Shown here one piece after another: positions 23,672 through 24,000 of a stretch of DNA of 24,000 bases (the first letter of the stretch is position 1; every line of letters begins with the position of its first letter). The position numbers were made by a program, and so were the translations under genes. The notes under the pieces were generated by a model that was not told the origin of the DNA, searched no databases, and saw only the letters and a list, made by a program, of their open reading frames with translations. This DNA is from Aliarcobacter cibarius (GTDB taxonomy: Bacteria > Campylobacterota > Campylobacteria > Campylobacterales > Arcobacteraceae), in assembly GCF_013372265.1 (NCBI RefSeq), contig NZ_CP054051.1, positions 608,263-632,262 on the forward strand, written 5' to 3'.

Positions 23672-24000
23672 TTATCCTTTTTTTGCAGCTTTGTTTTGAA
23701 CTGGATCACTAAAAGTGTAAATTCCATCTTTTATTGGGAAAGGAAAATTACTAAATATTTCATTAAAATTATCTTGGAATTCTTTAGGAAAATTTTCAAC
23801 ACCTTCTTTTACAATTTCAATATATCTTGATGGAATAAAACAATTTTCTTTTCCTATTTTTGCTATTTTATCTTCTTTTGTTGTCATAAAAGCAATTAGG
23901 TCATCATCTAATTTTTGATTTATAACGGACTCTTTTTTGATAGTTATGCAACTATAATTCTTTTCTCTTAGTTTTAAAATTTCAAATTCTTCTTCAGTTA
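23672..24000 (-). CDS. Hypothetical protein; 5' end lies outside the window
   Basis: The minus-strand frame containing the 71-aa track ORF stays open upstream of its Met through to base 24000 (...TEEEFEILKLREKNYSCITIKKESVINQKLDDDLIAFMTTKEDK...). Its stop is 10 nt before the orf737 start, suggesting one operon. No family recognised. Confidence 0.45.
   Translation of the reverse strand, partial: TEEEFEILKLREKNYSCITIKKESVINQKLDDDLIAFMTTKEDKIAKIGKENCFIPSRYIEIVKEGVENFPKEFQDNFNEIFSNFPFPIKDGIYTFSDPVQNKAAKKG

Overview
AT-rich segment that looks like a Campylobacterota chromosome of the Arcobacter/Aliarcobacter type. The 198-aa AhpC closely resembles the Campylobacter/Helicobacter AhpC as I remember it. 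No rRNA, tRNA, CRISPR array, transposase or integrase was recognised.

Layout, left to right:
1. 1-1466: a gene truncated at its 5' end by the window edge. It encodes a membrane protein with six DnaJ-type CxxCxGxG zinc-finger motifs.
2. 1834-2202: a tiny PLDc_N-like 2-TM ORF, followed in frame by a start-less fragment of a bacterial PH domain.
3. About 2.4-6.9 kb, all minus strand: a roughly 4.5 kb plasmid-like mobilizable module. It carries an AlpA/Xis-like HTH protein, an unknown ORF, a Rep-like wHTH protein, another unknown ORF, a palindrome-rich non-coding stretch, a small ORF, a ColE1/MbeA-type HEN relaxase, MobC and a candidate oriT.
4. 6952-16477: a tightly overlapping six-gene plus-strand operon, hsdM-hsdS-[orf182-orf493-orf505]-hsdR. 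This is a type I restriction-modification system with three extra genes between hsdS and hsdR: a SieB-like 2-TM protein, a long coiled-coil protein ending in a 2-TM hairpin, and a Schlafen/AlbA_2 + HATPase_c_4 + wHTH protein.
5. 16.7-24 kb: apparently ordinary genes. These are a methyl-accepting chemotaxis protein, ahpC-trx, the divergent metal exporters mntP and a CDF transporter, a large TM + TPR-like protein, and a partial unknown gene.

The best candidate for an undescribed system is the three-gene cassette embedded in the type I R-M operon. It occupies the position held by prrC in the E. coli prr locus and by the rlo genes in Campylobacter jejuni hsd loci. A GC-rich imperfect 10-bp tandem repeat inside orf505 is a second unusual signal.

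All family assignments come from motif recognition by eye and need HMM or BLAST confirmation.
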